NCBI GenBank assembly: GCA_964566055.1
Contig: CAZMHI010000005.1
Span: 35,690-99,689, forward strand
Source: an uncultured Rhodospirillaceae bacterium
Lineage (GTDB): Bacteria > Pseudomonadota > Alphaproteobacteria > Rhodospirillales > UBA2165
Direction of reading: 5' to 3'
Length of the DNA stretch: 64,000 nucleotides
Every line of letters starts with the position of its first letter. Position 1 is the first letter of the stretch. The translations under genes and the position numbers were made by a program. Of the stretch, positions 55,062-64,000 are shown one piece after another. A model generated the notes under the pieces. That model had not been told where the DNA came from. It worked only from the letters and a program-made list of their open reading frames with translations, and ran no database searches.

Positions 55062-55697
55062 ATGAACAAAAAAAAACTTGGTACTTTAAGTTCCCTATCC
55101 GGCCTATTTGGCCAGACTGATTTTTCACCTGGCGCAACCAAAACGCCAGACCAGCATGATTCCGTCGAATTGGCCGAAGGTCAAACCCTATGCGGAGAAT
55201 TAGACATTCGCATCAACCGGGACGGTCTATGGTTTTACCACGGTACCCCCATAGGCCGCAAAGAACTCGTGAAGTTATTTGCTTCTGTCCTGGAGCGGGA
55301 CGACACCGGCAGATTTTGGCTGAATACCCCAGCTGAAAAGGGCGAAATCACTGTAGAAGACGTACCTTTTCAGGCCGTTGAGATGACTGTTGAGGGCGAA
55401 AAAGAACAGCAAAAACTGACATTTCGCACCAATGTTGACGATATTGTGATAGCAGATGAAGCCCATCCGATCCGAATCGAAACCGATCCTGAAAGCGGCG
55501 AACCCTCGCCTTACGTTATGGTGCGGGACGGTTTAGAGGCCCGGCTCACCCGATCCGTGTTTTACCAGTTGGTCGATCTGGGTGTTGAAATGGGGGTGGA
55601 AAAAGCGCATGGAAACGATAAATATAAAGAAATGATGTACGGCATATGGAGTAGCGGACAATTTTTTCAGATCGGCTCACTAACGGAACAAGATTAA
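55062..55697 (+). CDS. DUF1285-family protein
   Basis: 211 aa. IRINRDGLWFYHGTPIGRKELVKLFASVL matches my recollection of the DUF1285 core. The synteny with nudix and cca is typical of alphaproteobacteria. Confidence 0.7.
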   Translation: MNKKKLGTLSSLSGLFGQTDFSPGATKTPDQHDSVELAEGQTLCGELDIRINRDGLWFYHGTPIGRKELVKLFASVLERDDTGRFWLNTPAEKGEITVEDVPFQAVEMTVEGEKEQQKLTFRTNVDDIVIADEAHPIRIETDPESGEPSPYVMVRDGLEARLTRSVFYQLVDLGVEMGVEKAHGNDKYKEMMYGIWSSGQFFQIGSLTEQD

Positions 55698-55783
55698 GTT
55701 TAACGGAAGTCCTGACGCGCCTGGACGCGACCGCTGGTGAAATCGGCCGCCGCTCAAACGAAGCAGCCGAGCCCGAAGATCTT

Positions 55784-56320
55784 GTGCAAGAGGAACGTAA
55801 TGAGTGGATTGCCGGCGGTAAGGAACTTATCCCGGCAGCCGTTCTGGTGCCGCTGGTGGTGCGGGGAGACGGCCTAAAGGTGATGCTGACCAAACGTACG
55901 GAACATCTCAATAATCATGCCGGCCAAATCAGTTTTCCCGGCGGGCGGGTCGATGATAGTGACCGCAATGCCCACCACACGGCGCTCAGGGAAACCGAAG
56001 AAGAGGTTGGGCTCCATTCAAAGCATATTGAGATTGTTGGCGAGCTGGATGAATATATCGTCGGCACAGGCTACTTAGTCAATCCGATCATCGGCGTGAT
56101 TGAGCCGCCCTTCGAGCTGACACCCCATGAAGGCGAAGTTGCCGAGGTGTTTGAGGCACCGCTTGAATTTCTGATCGAACCGGAAAACATAAAGCGCCAT
56201 GCCCGTGAATTTGAAGGCATCAAGCGGCATTATTTTGCTATTACCTGGGAAGAGTATTTTATCTGGGGCGCCACCGCCGGCATGCTGCGCAATCTGTCTC
56301 AGAGATTACTGGCAGATTAA
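55784..56320 (+). CDS. Nudix hydrolase, CoA pyrophosphatase type
   Basis: It has LTKRTEHLNNHAGQISFPGG and the Nudix box GGRVDDSDRNAHHTALRETEEEVGL. The start is a GTG, and I found no alternative canonical start in-frame upstream. Confidence 0.8.
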   Translation: MQEERNEWIAGGKELIPAAVLVPLVVRGDGLKVMLTKRTEHLNNHAGQISFPGGRVDDSDRNAHHTALRETEEEVGLHSKHIEIVGELDEYIVGTGYLVNPIIGVIEPPFELTPHEGEVAEVFEAPLEFLIEPENIKRHAREFEGIKRHYFAITWEEYFIWGATAGMLRNLSQRLLAD

Positions 56321-56330
56321 GGAACGGAAC

Positions 56331-56597
56331 ATGCGGATATTTCTCCATATTTTCCTGCCTCTGGTTACTCCCTTAGTGCTCTATTCGATTTGGGCAAAAA
56401 TTGATGCTAATCGTAAAGGCCAGGGCCTGCCGGATTGGGAGGAAGGCCATTGGTTCTGGGTGCTGGTTATTGGCTTTGTACTCACTGCCATGTCGCTGAT
56501 TTACCTGACGACTTTGGGTGACGACGTCGGTGGCCAATATCAATCTCCCCGGATGGAAGACGGCCAAGTCGTGCCGGGGCACTTTAAAAACAAGTAA
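56331..56597 (+). CDS. Small two-TM membrane protein, function unknown
   Basis: 88 aa from the ATG at 56331, preceded by AAGGAA. The hydrophobic segments are IFLHIFLPLVTPLVLYSIW and WFWVLVIGFVLTAMSLIYL. The longer ORF-track version from 56199 overlaps the nudix gene and was rejected. Confidence 0.6.
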   Translation: MRIFLHIFLPLVTPLVLYSIWAKIDANRKGQGLPDWEEGHWFWVLVIGFVLTAMSLIYLTTLGDDVGGQYQSPRMEDGQVVPGHFKNK

Positions 56598-56624
56598 CTG
56601 AACTGTAGGCCGGTTGATTTAAAA

Positions 56625-58058
56625 ATGATTGAAGACCTGCTGGAATTTATTGAAGGCCCGGCGCGATGGACCGTCACAGCGATAGCCTTGATGGTCTTTT
56701 TGTTTTTGGTTGCCCGCCGTAAATCATCGCGCCGCAAACTGTTCGAAGGGCCCGCCAAGCAAACTGACATCATCCTCAATTGGGGAGATAAGCCCGGCGG
56801 CCAGATACCGGTTGAGCCCTGGATGGAGACCCCTGAAATCAAGGCTGTGTTCTCCGCTATCACAAAAAACGGCAAGGAAGCGCGTTTTATCGGCGGCTGT
56901 GTGCGCGACGCACTGCTCAAAAAAACGGTAACAGATGTCGATATCGCCACTCAGGAAACGCCTGATCAGGTGACGTCATTGCTGGAAGAGGCTGGTATCA
57001 AAGCTGTACCAGTCGGTATTGAGCATGGCACGGTGATGGCGGTGATCAATCACCAGAGCTTCGAGATCACGACGCTGAGGCGCGATCTCAAGACCGATGG
57101 CCGTCATGCCGAGGTAGAGTTCACCGATGATTGGAGACAGGATGCTGCGCGCCGGGATTTCACCTTTAATACCTTGAGCGCGACCCCGGACGGCATGGTC
57201 TATGACTACTTCAACGGCATTCAGGATTTAGCCGACCGGGTGATCCGCTTTGTCGGCCTCGCACCTGAGCGGATTGAAGAGGACCGGCTTAGAGTTCTCC
57301 GTTATTTCCGCTTTATCGCCACTTTGGGCATGCGGGTCGAAAGCAAAATGGAGTTTCAGGCCTGCATTGACAGAGCATCAAGCCTCAAAGAACTTTCTGC
57401 CGAGCGCATTAAAGCCGAACTGTTCAAAATTTTGGATTCCGCCATGCAGCTGGATGTGGTGGCGTTGATGTACAATCATGGTGTGCTGAAAGTCATTCTG
57501 CCGCATGTAACCGCACCCGAACGCCTGCGCCAGCTCGTCTGGCTTGAAACCAGCGCTATTAAGTTCGAGAGCGTGCGGCCTGATCCGCTGCGCCGTCTCG
57601 CGGCTTTGGTCAACACCGATGAACGGGGAGCAGCGGACATTACCACAGCGCTCAAACTATCGAATGCCGAGCAGCAACGCCTGAGCTCGTTGATCACGCC
57701 TGAGTGGGATGCCGATTGGCAGATCACTGACGATGATCTCCGCGCCGTTCTTTACCGGGTGGGGGCAGCAACGGTGATTGACCTGGCGCTGCTCAAATGG
57801 GCGGAGATGCTGGTTGCCTCGCCTACCGGGCTCGGTGAGGTCCAGGACAGCTGGGTGCGGATTATTGAAACTGCCGATCAGGCGCTGTCAGAAACGGTGA
57901 TCACCTTCCCGCTCAAAGGCCAGGACGTGCTTGATCAAGGCGTCGAACCCGGCCCAAAGGTCTCTGATTTACTCGGCCAGGTCGAAGACTGGTGGCTGGC
58001 CGATGGCTGCACCGCCGACCGTGAGGCTTGCCTGACGAAACTTGAGGCGTTGTTGTAG
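56625..58058 (+). CDS. cca: CCA-adding tRNA nucleotidyltransferase / poly(A) polymerase family protein, with a possible N-terminal TM extension
   Basis: Motifs are RFIGGCVRDALL, DVDIAT and RRDFTFN. The only in-frame starts upstream of the conserved core are M1, M23 and M67 (56823). M1 adds a hydrophobic helix (WTVTAIALMVFLFLVA). Confidence 0.8.
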   Translation: MIEDLLEFIEGPARWTVTAIALMVFLFLVARRKSSRRKLFEGPAKQTDIILNWGDKPGGQIPVEPWMETPEIKAVFSAITKNGKEARFIGGCVRDALLKKTVTDVDIATQETPDQVTSLLEEAGIKAVPVGIEHGTVMAVINHQSFEITTLRRDLKTDGRHAEVEFTDDWRQDAARRDFTFNTLSATPDGMVYDYFNGIQDLADRVIRFVGLAPERIEEDRLRVLRYFRFIATLGMRVESKMEFQACIDRASSLKELSAERIKAELFKILDSAMQLDVVALMYNHGVLKVILPHVTAPERLRQLVWLETSAIKFESVRPDPLRRLAALVNTDERGAADITTALKLSNAEQQRLSSLITPEWDADWQITDDDLRAVLYRVGAATVIDLALLKWAEMLVASPTGLGEVQDSWVRIIETADQALSETVITFPLKGQDVLDQGVEPGPKVSDLLGQVEDWWLADGCTADREACLTKLEALL

Positions 58059-58125
58059 GCGCTTTAACAGACTTCTGCGTCACATATTTTTGACTAGCTA
58101 TTTTCCGCGAATCCCTGGACAAATC

Positions 58126-59346
58126 ATGGATATGCAGGGGAATTCAAAATTCTGGGCTTTAACACTGCTGACCATCTGCGAGATTTCAGCGATGTCTTTG
58201 TGGTTTTCAGCGACTGCCCTGATCCCAAGTTTTCAAGCTGAGTTCAATATCTCAAGCGATCAAGCTTCGCTGCTGACCAGTGCCGTGCAGGCGGGGTTTG
58301 TCGCCGGCACTCTCTTGAGTGCGATGATGATGCTGGCCGACCGCTTTGACCCGAGGCGGGTTTTCCTGGCCTCAACGCTGATCGCCACCCTTGCCAATTC
58401 CTCAATCCTGCTCACCGATCCGACCACGCTGACGACCATAGCTTTACGTTTTATTACCGGTATCTGCATGGCCGGCATCTATCCGGTCGGCATGAAGATC
58501 GCCACGACCTGGGCCAAAGGCGATATCGGCTTTCTGGTGGGTTTGCTGGTCGGCGGGTTAACCCTAGGCTCAGCCGCACCATATTTGATCAGTTCGATGC
58601 TGATTTTGGATTGGCAGCTGACAATTGCCGGCACCTCAATCGCCTCCCTGGCCGCTGCGGTACTCATTATTTTTGTCGGCCTCGGTCCCAATCATATTCC
58701 AGCCCGAAAATTTCGCTGGGGCGCGGCACTAACGGCGTGGAAAACAAAGTCACTGCGCCTCGCCAATTTCGGTTATCTCGGCCATATGTGGGAGCTCTAT
58801 GCCATGCTGGCCTGGATCGGCATTTTCCTTGATGCCAGTTTCAAGATCACGCTGCCCTCCGGCGATGGAGCGGTTTTGGCCAAAGTCGTGACTTTTACCG
58901 TGATTGGTATCGGTGGGGCCATCGGCTGCATCGGCGGTGGCCTCATAGCCGACCGGGTTGGCCGCACAACGCTGACCATGGGAGCCATGATCATGAGCGG
59001 CGCCTGCGCCATAGCCGTTGGCTTTCTATTCACCAGCCCGCCCTCAATATTAATCTTAGTCTGCTTCATCTGGGGGATCACGATCATCGCCGACTCTGCG
59101 CAATTTTCCGCCTCGATTGCCGAGCTGTCGCCGCCCGATATGGTCGGCACCATGTTGACCATTCAAACCTGCGCCGGCTTTCTGCTGACGCTCTTCACCA
59201 TTCATATGATGCCGTATTTGATCGAGGCGGTGAGCTGGAAGTACGCCTTCGCCGTGCTGGCGATTGGCCCTGTTCTGGGCACCATCGCCATGGGACGTCT
59301 CAGGGCACATCCGGAAGCGGTAAAAATCGCCGGCGGGATGCGCTAA
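58126..59346 (+). CDS. MFS transporter
   Basis: About 406 aa from the ATG at 58126 (MDMQGNSKFW...), with about 12 hydrophobic segments. The 28-codon basic extension from 58042 overlaps cca and was rejected. Confidence 0.75.
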   Translation: MDMQGNSKFWALTLLTICEISAMSLWFSATALIPSFQAEFNISSDQASLLTSAVQAGFVAGTLLSAMMMLADRFDPRRVFLASTLIATLANSSILLTDPTTLTTIALRFITGICMAGIYPVGMKIATTWAKGDIGFLVGLLVGGLTLGSAAPYLISSMLILDWQLTIAGTSIASLAAAVLIIFVGLGPNHIPARKFRWGAALTAWKTKSLRLANFGYLGHMWELYAMLAWIGIFLDASFKITLPSGDGAVLAKVVTFTVIGIGGAIGCIGGGLIADRVGRTTLTMGAMIMSGACAIAVGFLFTSPPSILILVCFIWGITIIADSAQFSASIAELSPPDMVGTMLTIQTCAGFLLTLFTIHMMPYLIEAVSWKYAFAVLAIGPVLGTIAMGRLRAHPEAVKIAGGMR

Positions 59347-59354
59347 GACTTAAC

Positions 59355-60440
59355 TCATTTTTTTACCGACACCTCAATGCCCAATAGATGTGCGGCGTTT
59401 TTACCCATCACTAGCGCTTTGTCGCCTTCGCTCAGGCCTTGCACGGAATCGACATGGCCGACCGGGTCCGGCTCGGCCATATCAAACGGATAATCGGTGC
59501 CCATGACGATTTGTTCCGGCCCCCAGGTTTCGATCAGATAGCGCAATTGATGCTCGGTAAAGACAACGCTGTCGAAATAGAGTTTTTTAATATATTCCGA
59601 GGGCGGTTTGCTGATCACCTGACGGCAATCGTCCCGCAGATGATAGGGATGGTCAAAACGCCCGGCATAGGCGGGGATATAGCCGCCGCCATGGGCAATG
59701 CAGATTTTGAGGCCCGGAAAGCGCTCAAGATAACCGTCAAACACCAGATGCCCGACGGCCAAGGCTGATTCCACCGGATGGCCGATGGTGTTCCTGAAAT
59801 AGTGATCATCCATGCGCTCGACATAGCTGGTGCCGATCGGATGGATAAAAATCATCACGTCTTTTTCTTCGCAGCGGGCAAAGAACTTTTCGAGCCCGGC
59901 CCGGGTCAAATCCTGGCCATTGACATTGGTTGAAACCTCGACGCCTTTAAAGCCAAGCTCGTCAACGCAGCGGTCCAGTTCGGCCACCGACATTTCCGGG
60001 TTTTGCAACGGCACCGTGCCAAGCCCGACAAAGCGGTCCGGATTTCCAGCCACCACCTCGGCGATGCGGTCATTGACCACCCGCGAGGTATCCCGGGTAA
60101 ACTCCGCGTCATAACCATAATTATAATGAAATGGCGAAGTCGAAATGGCCTGCACATCAACGCCCTGGGCATCCATATCTTTCAGGCGCACTTTGGGATC
60201 GGTCAGCTTCGGCATAATGAGCTGCTGCTGCTCGGTATTAATCTTGGCAGTGATCGGGTTGGTATCGACCATCTTGCGGCCGGTGTCATCGGGCGAGAGC
60301 TGCTGCAGCATCTTGTCGGCTTCCGGCACATGGATATGGCAGTGAATATCGACGGTAAAATGTTTGTTGTTTCTTGAGACAGTTTCGGCGTGGCCGGAAC
60401 CCTCTGCCGCCGGGGCGTGATGTGCGCATTTGAAGAACAT
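59355..60440 (-). CDS. Amidohydrolase-2 (ACMSD-like metal-dependent hydrolase/decarboxylase) family protein
   Basis: 361 aa. The metal ligand pattern is VDIHCHIH ... IFIHP ... IAHGGG ... GTDYPFD. Confidence 0.75.
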   Translation of the reverse strand: MFFKCAHHAPAAEGSGHAETVSRNNKHFTVDIHCHIHVPEADKMLQQLSPDDTGRKMVDTNPITAKINTEQQQLIMPKLTDPKVRLKDMDAQGVDVQAISTSPFHYNYGYDAEFTRDTSRVVNDRIAEVVAGNPDRFVGLGTVPLQNPEMSVAELDRCVDELGFKGVEVSTNVNGQDLTRAGLEKFFARCEEKDVMIFIHPIGTSYVERMDDHYFRNTIGHPVESALAVGHLVFDGYLERFPGLKICIAHGGGYIPAYAGRFDHPYHLRDDCRQVISKPPSEYIKKLYFDSVVFTEHQLRYLIETWGPEQIVMGTDYPFDMAEPDPVGHVDSVQGLSEGDKALVMGKNAAHLLGIEVSVKK

Positions 60441-60697
60441 AAACTGATCCGTTTTTGTGATTTAAGCTGGCGGGATTAAATCGGTCACTGTGAGTACAGA
60501 CAAGCTTTATTTTCGCGCCATTTGGAAATCTTACGGGAACACCTGCCCATTGGGCGCAACCATCGTCCGCACTTGGCTCTCATTCACCAAGCTGGTGAAA
60601 CGGCTTACAACCGTTAATTTTACTGTAGAAAAATTTTCTAAGAATGAATATAAGTGATGTAACAAATAAAATTATTTTTGAGGGAACTTGAATAGAT

Positions 60698-61138
60698 ATG
60701 AGCGCAAGCTACATAATTGAGCCCGGCATAAACACCGTTTTCATAAAGCATACCGAAAAAATTGACCCTCTTGAATTCAGCGCGTTTTTCCAAGAGTTGG
60801 TAACCCTCCCTGATTTCAAATTAGGCATAAATGTCTGGCGGGATACTAGAGGCGCGAAAATCCCTAAAGAATGGAATTACGAGTTTTTCCGCGATCAAAT
60901 TGAAATCAACAAATATCCTGCAGGAAAAGAGTTAGGCTTTGCCAAGCTCGCTTGGATGGTTGAGGCTGGTCACCAATATTCCGTAGGCCACCAGGGCGTG
61001 TTGAGCAATCACACGAAAAAGAGAGACAGGATCGAACGCCGCATATTCAGGGAAGATCATGACGCAAAAGAATGGTTAGGCATCCCAACTGACTATGAAA
61101 TCTCTTTTTCCGGCGCCGCCAAATTTCATAGTATGTAA
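60698..61138 (+). CDS. Hypothetical small protein; paralogue of 47284..47703
   Basis: 146 aa. It shares blocks with the 139-aa ORF, including the C-terminal IFREDHDAKEWLGIPTDYEISF versus PFRDISEAKNWLDIPDDFEIKF. Confidence 0.5.
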   Translation: MSASYIIEPGINTVFIKHTEKIDPLEFSAFFQELVTLPDFKLGINVWRDTRGAKIPKEWNYEFFRDQIEINKYPAGKELGFAKLAWMVEAGHQYSVGHQGVLSNHTKKRDRIERRIFREDHDAKEWLGIPTDYEISFSGAAKFHSM

Positions 61139-61164
61139 AAATCAATTAATTCGGAAATCAATTT

Positions 61165-61659
61165 ATGAATTTATCAGGTCTGGCCGGTGATCTCGGCGCA
61201 CTCTTAAAACAAAATGAGCAGACGATATCGGTTGCCGAATCTTCCTCCGGCGGGCTGGTGTCAGCAGCGCTTTTGTCGATCCCCGGTGCTTCGGCCTATT
61301 TTGCAGGCGGTGGCGTGATCTATACCAGAGATGCCCGGCGGGAGTTTCTCAGTCTGCCCGAAGAAATAGTCACCATGCGGGCAGCGACCGAAGAATATGC
61401 CATGATCGTCGCCCAAGCAGTTAAAGACAAGATGGGCACGACCTGGGGCCTCGCTGAAACCGGCGCCAGTGGTCCCAGTGGCAATCGCTACGGCGATGAG
61501 GCAGGCCATGTCTGTGTCGCCGTCGCCGGGCCGGTTGAAAAATCCGTGACCCTTGAGACCGGCAGTTCTGAGCGGGAGGAAAATATGTGGGCCTTTACTA
61601 AAGCTGCGCTTGGGCTGCTTGAAACGGCTATCAAGGAAAACCGAAATATGTCTAGATAA
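61165..61659 (+). CDS. CinA C-terminal domain protein (nicotinamide-nucleotide amidohydrolase PncC-like)
   Basis: 164 aa. VAESSSGGLVSAALLSIPGAS.YF.GG.V.Y matches the CinA/PncC pattern AESCTGG. Confidence 0.75.
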   Translation: MNLSGLAGDLGALLKQNEQTISVAESSSGGLVSAALLSIPGASAYFAGGGVIYTRDARREFLSLPEEIVTMRAATEEYAMIVAQAVKDKMGTTWGLAETGASGPSGNRYGDEAGHVCVAVAGPVEKSVTLETGSSEREENMWAFTKAALGLLETAIKENRNMSR

Positions 61660-61712
61660 AACCTTTAAATACGCCAGCAGGTCCCCACATAGTTGGTTAT
61701 GTGAGGGACCAA

Positions 61713-62009
61713 ATGATCATCTATTTAGTAACGTTTAATCTAAGCGAAAAGTATTCCGATAATGCCATCGGCTTTCGGGATATCTTTGCCAAAATATTCA
61801 AAGAGACTGAGGGTTTTATTTCTGCCGATTTTTTCCGCGACGAGGAAACTCAGGAGGCAGGAGGCTTTACAGTATGGGAATCGGAAGAAAAGGCGAAAGC
61901 GGCTCTTGCAGAACTGCAACCTTTGTTGCTTAGATCCATTGGCGGCAGCGGTGATGGGACCTTTTCAATCAAAAAGCTTGTCCACACCTTGCGGGTTGAT
62001 AACGAATAA
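61713..62009 (+). CDS. Small ABM (antibiotic-biosynthesis-monooxygenase-like, ferredoxin-fold) domain protein
   Basis: About 98 aa from the ATG at 61713. GFISADFFRDEETQEAGGFTVWESEEKAKA resembles the ABM-domain pattern. This is a low-specificity call. Confidence 0.5.
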   Translation: MIIYLVTFNLSEKYSDNAIGFRDIFAKIFKETEGFISADFFRDEETQEAGGFTVWESEEKAKAALAELQPLLLRSIGGSGDGTFSIKKLVHTLRVDNE

Positions 62010-62014
62010 CTGCT

Positions 62015-62833
62015 CTAATTTGCCGGAAACTGTTCCAAGTAGTCAGCGTAACGCTCTGCCACCTGATCTCTGATTTTAGCGCCAAATTCTTTCATTTCAT
62101 CAAGCTCGCCCGGCTTGAAATAATCAGTGATGCCAGCGGCGAAACTTGGCCGCGCCAAAGCCTGCTCCCGCCATTTTTGCACCAAAGGCCGCTCAGCAAT
62201 CCAGATATCGAGCAGGCCTAAATACCCAAGCCTAGCGGCAAAAGGCATCATATTGATATCAGCAAGGGTAAATTGATCACCGAGCAGCCAGGGCCGGCCA
62301 TCACTGAGATCTTTCTCCATGGTTTTAAAAGCTTTTTCGTAGGCTGCGATGCCGTTAAATACGAATGGCGAGTCCACCCCGTCCTTGTAGGTCGACATCA
62401 CCCGGTCGCGCCGCCTGGGATCGCCAACATTGGCAAATCTTTGAGCGCGTTGCTCGTCCGTCATGTTTTGTACGCGCTCCCGGAACATGGCCGAGAAACT
62501 CAAATCCATTACTCCTTCAAATAGGCCTTCGTCGACGGCCTTGCTCCAAAGCCGCATGCGGGTGCGACCATAGGCATCCGCTGGTATTAGGCTGGGCTCA
62601 GGATAGGTCTCATCCAGAAATTCACAGATCAGCGTTGATTCTATCACCGGCTGGCCGTCGGCCATTAAAGTCGGCACGACACCTTTGGGATTTAGTTTAA
62701 GATATTCTGGATCATATTGCTCGCCGGTGAAAAGATTGACTTCGTGAGTGGTATAATCGAGCCCTTTTTCGGAAAGCGTTATGCGGACTTTCTGGGCACA
62801 CACAGAATTGCCAAATTGATAAAGCTCGAGCAT
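62015..62833 (-). CDS. Glutathione S-transferase family protein
   Basis: 272 aa with a GST N-terminal thioredoxin-like pattern: LELYQFGNSVCAQKVRITLSEKGLDY...NPKGVVPTL...VIESTLICEFLDE. Confidence 0.8.
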   Translation of the reverse strand: MLELYQFGNSVCAQKVRITLSEKGLDYTTHEVNLFTGEQYDPEYLKLNPKGVVPTLMADGQPVIESTLICEFLDETYPEPSLIPADAYGRTRMRLWSKAVDEGLFEGVMDLSFSAMFRERVQNMTDEQRAQRFANVGDPRRRDRVMSTYKDGVDSPFVFNGIAAYEKAFKTMEKDLSDGRPWLLGDQFTLADINMMPFAARLGYLGLLDIWIAERPLVQKWREQALARPSFAAGITDYFKPGELDEMKEFGAKIRDQVAERYADYLEQFPAN

Positions 62834-63181
62834 TTATTCTTTCACCCAGATCAGCGCCGCGTTCTTATCGGCAACGTTAAAAAACCGCACGTCGGAATCT
62901 TTTAGTGTCGCTTCAGCCAAGGCTGCTAAATCCCTGGCAAGCTCATTGCCAAGGATGGCAATTTTCTTGAGGTCCTCCCGGCCAAAGGAGAATTTTTCCT
63001 GCGCCTGCGCCCATTCCCAGCCTTCTAAGTCGGTGAAATCTCCAAACAATCGCAGACTTGTTTGAGTGGATAGCACTTCATCCAATTGCGGCAGGATCGC
63101 CCGGTAATCGGCATCCGAAACCCGGCCCGAGGCTTTCAGGCAAACTAAATTACCAGCGCTTTCCGGCAGCCACTGCAGCAT
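62834..63181 (-). CDS. STAS/SpoIIAA-like small protein (DUF3478-like)
   Basis: 115 aa from the ATG at 63181 (MLQWLPESAGNLVCLKASGRVSDADYRAILPQLDEVL...DVRFFNVADKNAALIWV). The longer ORF-track version to 63388 overlaps the 3' end of lpdA and was rejected. Confidence 0.6.
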   Translation of the reverse strand: MLQWLPESAGNLVCLKASGRVSDADYRAILPQLDEVLSTQTSLRLFGDFTDLEGWEWAQAQEKFSFGREDLKKIAILGNELARDLAALAEATLKDSDVRFFNVADKNAALIWVKE

Positions 63182-63191
63182 CAGCCCAGAA

Positions 63192-64000
63192 TCAGCTATG
63201 CAGAGCGCGGTCAGCAACGTCGAGCGCAGCTTCTTTAACCACTTCGCTGAGCCCCGGATGACCATGACAAGTCCGGGCAATATCTTCGGCCGAGCCGCCG
63301 AACTCCATAGCGACCACGCATTCCTGGATGAGATCACCGGCGGCGGCGCCGACAATGTGAACTCCCAGCACTTCATCGGTTTCCGCATCGGCGAGAATTT
63401 TAACGAAACCGTCGGTGGCGCTCATCGCACGGGCGCGGGCATTGGCGGTGAAACTAAACTTGCCGGCGTTATAGGCAATACCGGCCTCTTTAAGCTGCTC
63501 CTCAGTCTTGCCGACTGTGGCGACTTCAGGGCTGGTATAAACAATGCCCGGAATGGCATCGTAATTGATATGACCAGATTGTCCGGCCAGCATTTCAGCC
63601 AGTACGACGCCTTCGTCTTCGGCTTTGTGGGCCAGCATCATGCCGCCGATAACGTCACCAATGGCATAGATGCCGTCGACATTGGTTTTAAAGTTGGTAT
63701 CGACTTTGATAAAGCCGCGGTCCATTTCAACACCGGCTGATTCGAGGCCGAGCCCTTCCGTATAGGGAATACGGCCAATCGCTACCAAGACGCAATCGGC
63801 TTTCATTTCTTCGGCGTCACCGCCATCCCGCGGCTCAACCGTCAAGGTTACACCAGTTTTAGAAGTCTTCGCGCCAGTGACTTTGCTTTTCATTTTAAAC
63901 TTCATGCCTTGCTTTTTAAGGGAGCGCTGGGCAACTTTCGACACCTCGGCGTCCGAGCCCGGCAGACAAACATCCAGAAACTCAACGACTTCAACTTCGG
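63192..64000 (-). CDS. lpdA: Dihydrolipoyl dehydrogenase, C-terminal about 270 codons; the gene continues beyond the right edge
   Basis: The frame stays open to base 64000. The sequence shows YAIGDVIGGMMLAHKAEDEG and the dimerisation-domain CHGHPGLSEVVKEAA (HPT/ExxxEA motif). Confidence 0.9.
   Translation of the reverse strand, partial: EVEVVEFLDVCLPGSDAEVSKVAQRSLKKQGMKFKMKSKVTGAKTSKTGVTLTVEPRDGGDAEEMKADCVLVAIGRIPYTEGLGLESAGVEMDRGFIKVDTNFKTNVDGIYAIGDVIGGMMLAHKAEDEGVVLAEMLAGQSGHINYDAIPGIVYTSPEVATVGKTEEQLKEAGIAYNAGKFSFTANARARAMSATDGFVKILADAETDEVLGVHIVGAAAGDLIQECVVAMEFGGSAEDIARTCHGHPGLSEVVKEAALDVADRALHS

Overview
This looks like an ordinary core chromosomal segment of an alphaproteobacterium. 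That assignment is an inference from gene order: mraZ through ftsZ followed by lpxC-bamD-recN-ligA, a split petABC, and a MoxR/DUF58/BatA_N-DUF4159 operon beside DUF1285-nudix-cca. Positions 2.5-27.4 kb are one co-directional minus-strand block holding the complete dcw cell-division and cell-wall cluster plus lpxC, bamD, recN and ligA, with many 1-4 nt stop/start overlaps. The rest is housekeeping and transport: glnS, methionine salvage mtnA/mtnP, cytochrome bc1, trmL, cca, the 3' part of lpdA, a TAXI-TRAP transporter, an MFS transporter, a GST and an amidohydrolase. I saw no tRNA or rRNA genes, CRISPR arrays, transposases, integrases or phage genes. The best candidate for something undescribed is a translationally coupled pair of paralogous ~426-aa proteins at 28893-31460. 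Each reads by eye as a degenerate GGDEF-like domain followed by an EAL-like domain that has lost most catalytic residues. A SYLF lipoprotein gene follows them, and the pair sits about 1.5 kb from the dcw promoter region, separated from it by the uxs gene. Other items worth checking are a 10-bp-phased array of six (A/T)TGGG boxes upstream of mraZ (probable MraZ operator), an unusually long Pro/Glu-rich FtsZ linker containing perfect 18-bp tandem repeats, a Rieske oxygenase plus glutamine-synthetase-like pair with a perfect 11-bp inverted repeat upstream and a convergent TAXI-TRAP system, and a low-GC islet carrying an orphan small gene with a paralogue 13 kb away. All domain calls come from reading motifs in the supplied translations. 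No database search or alignment program was run.
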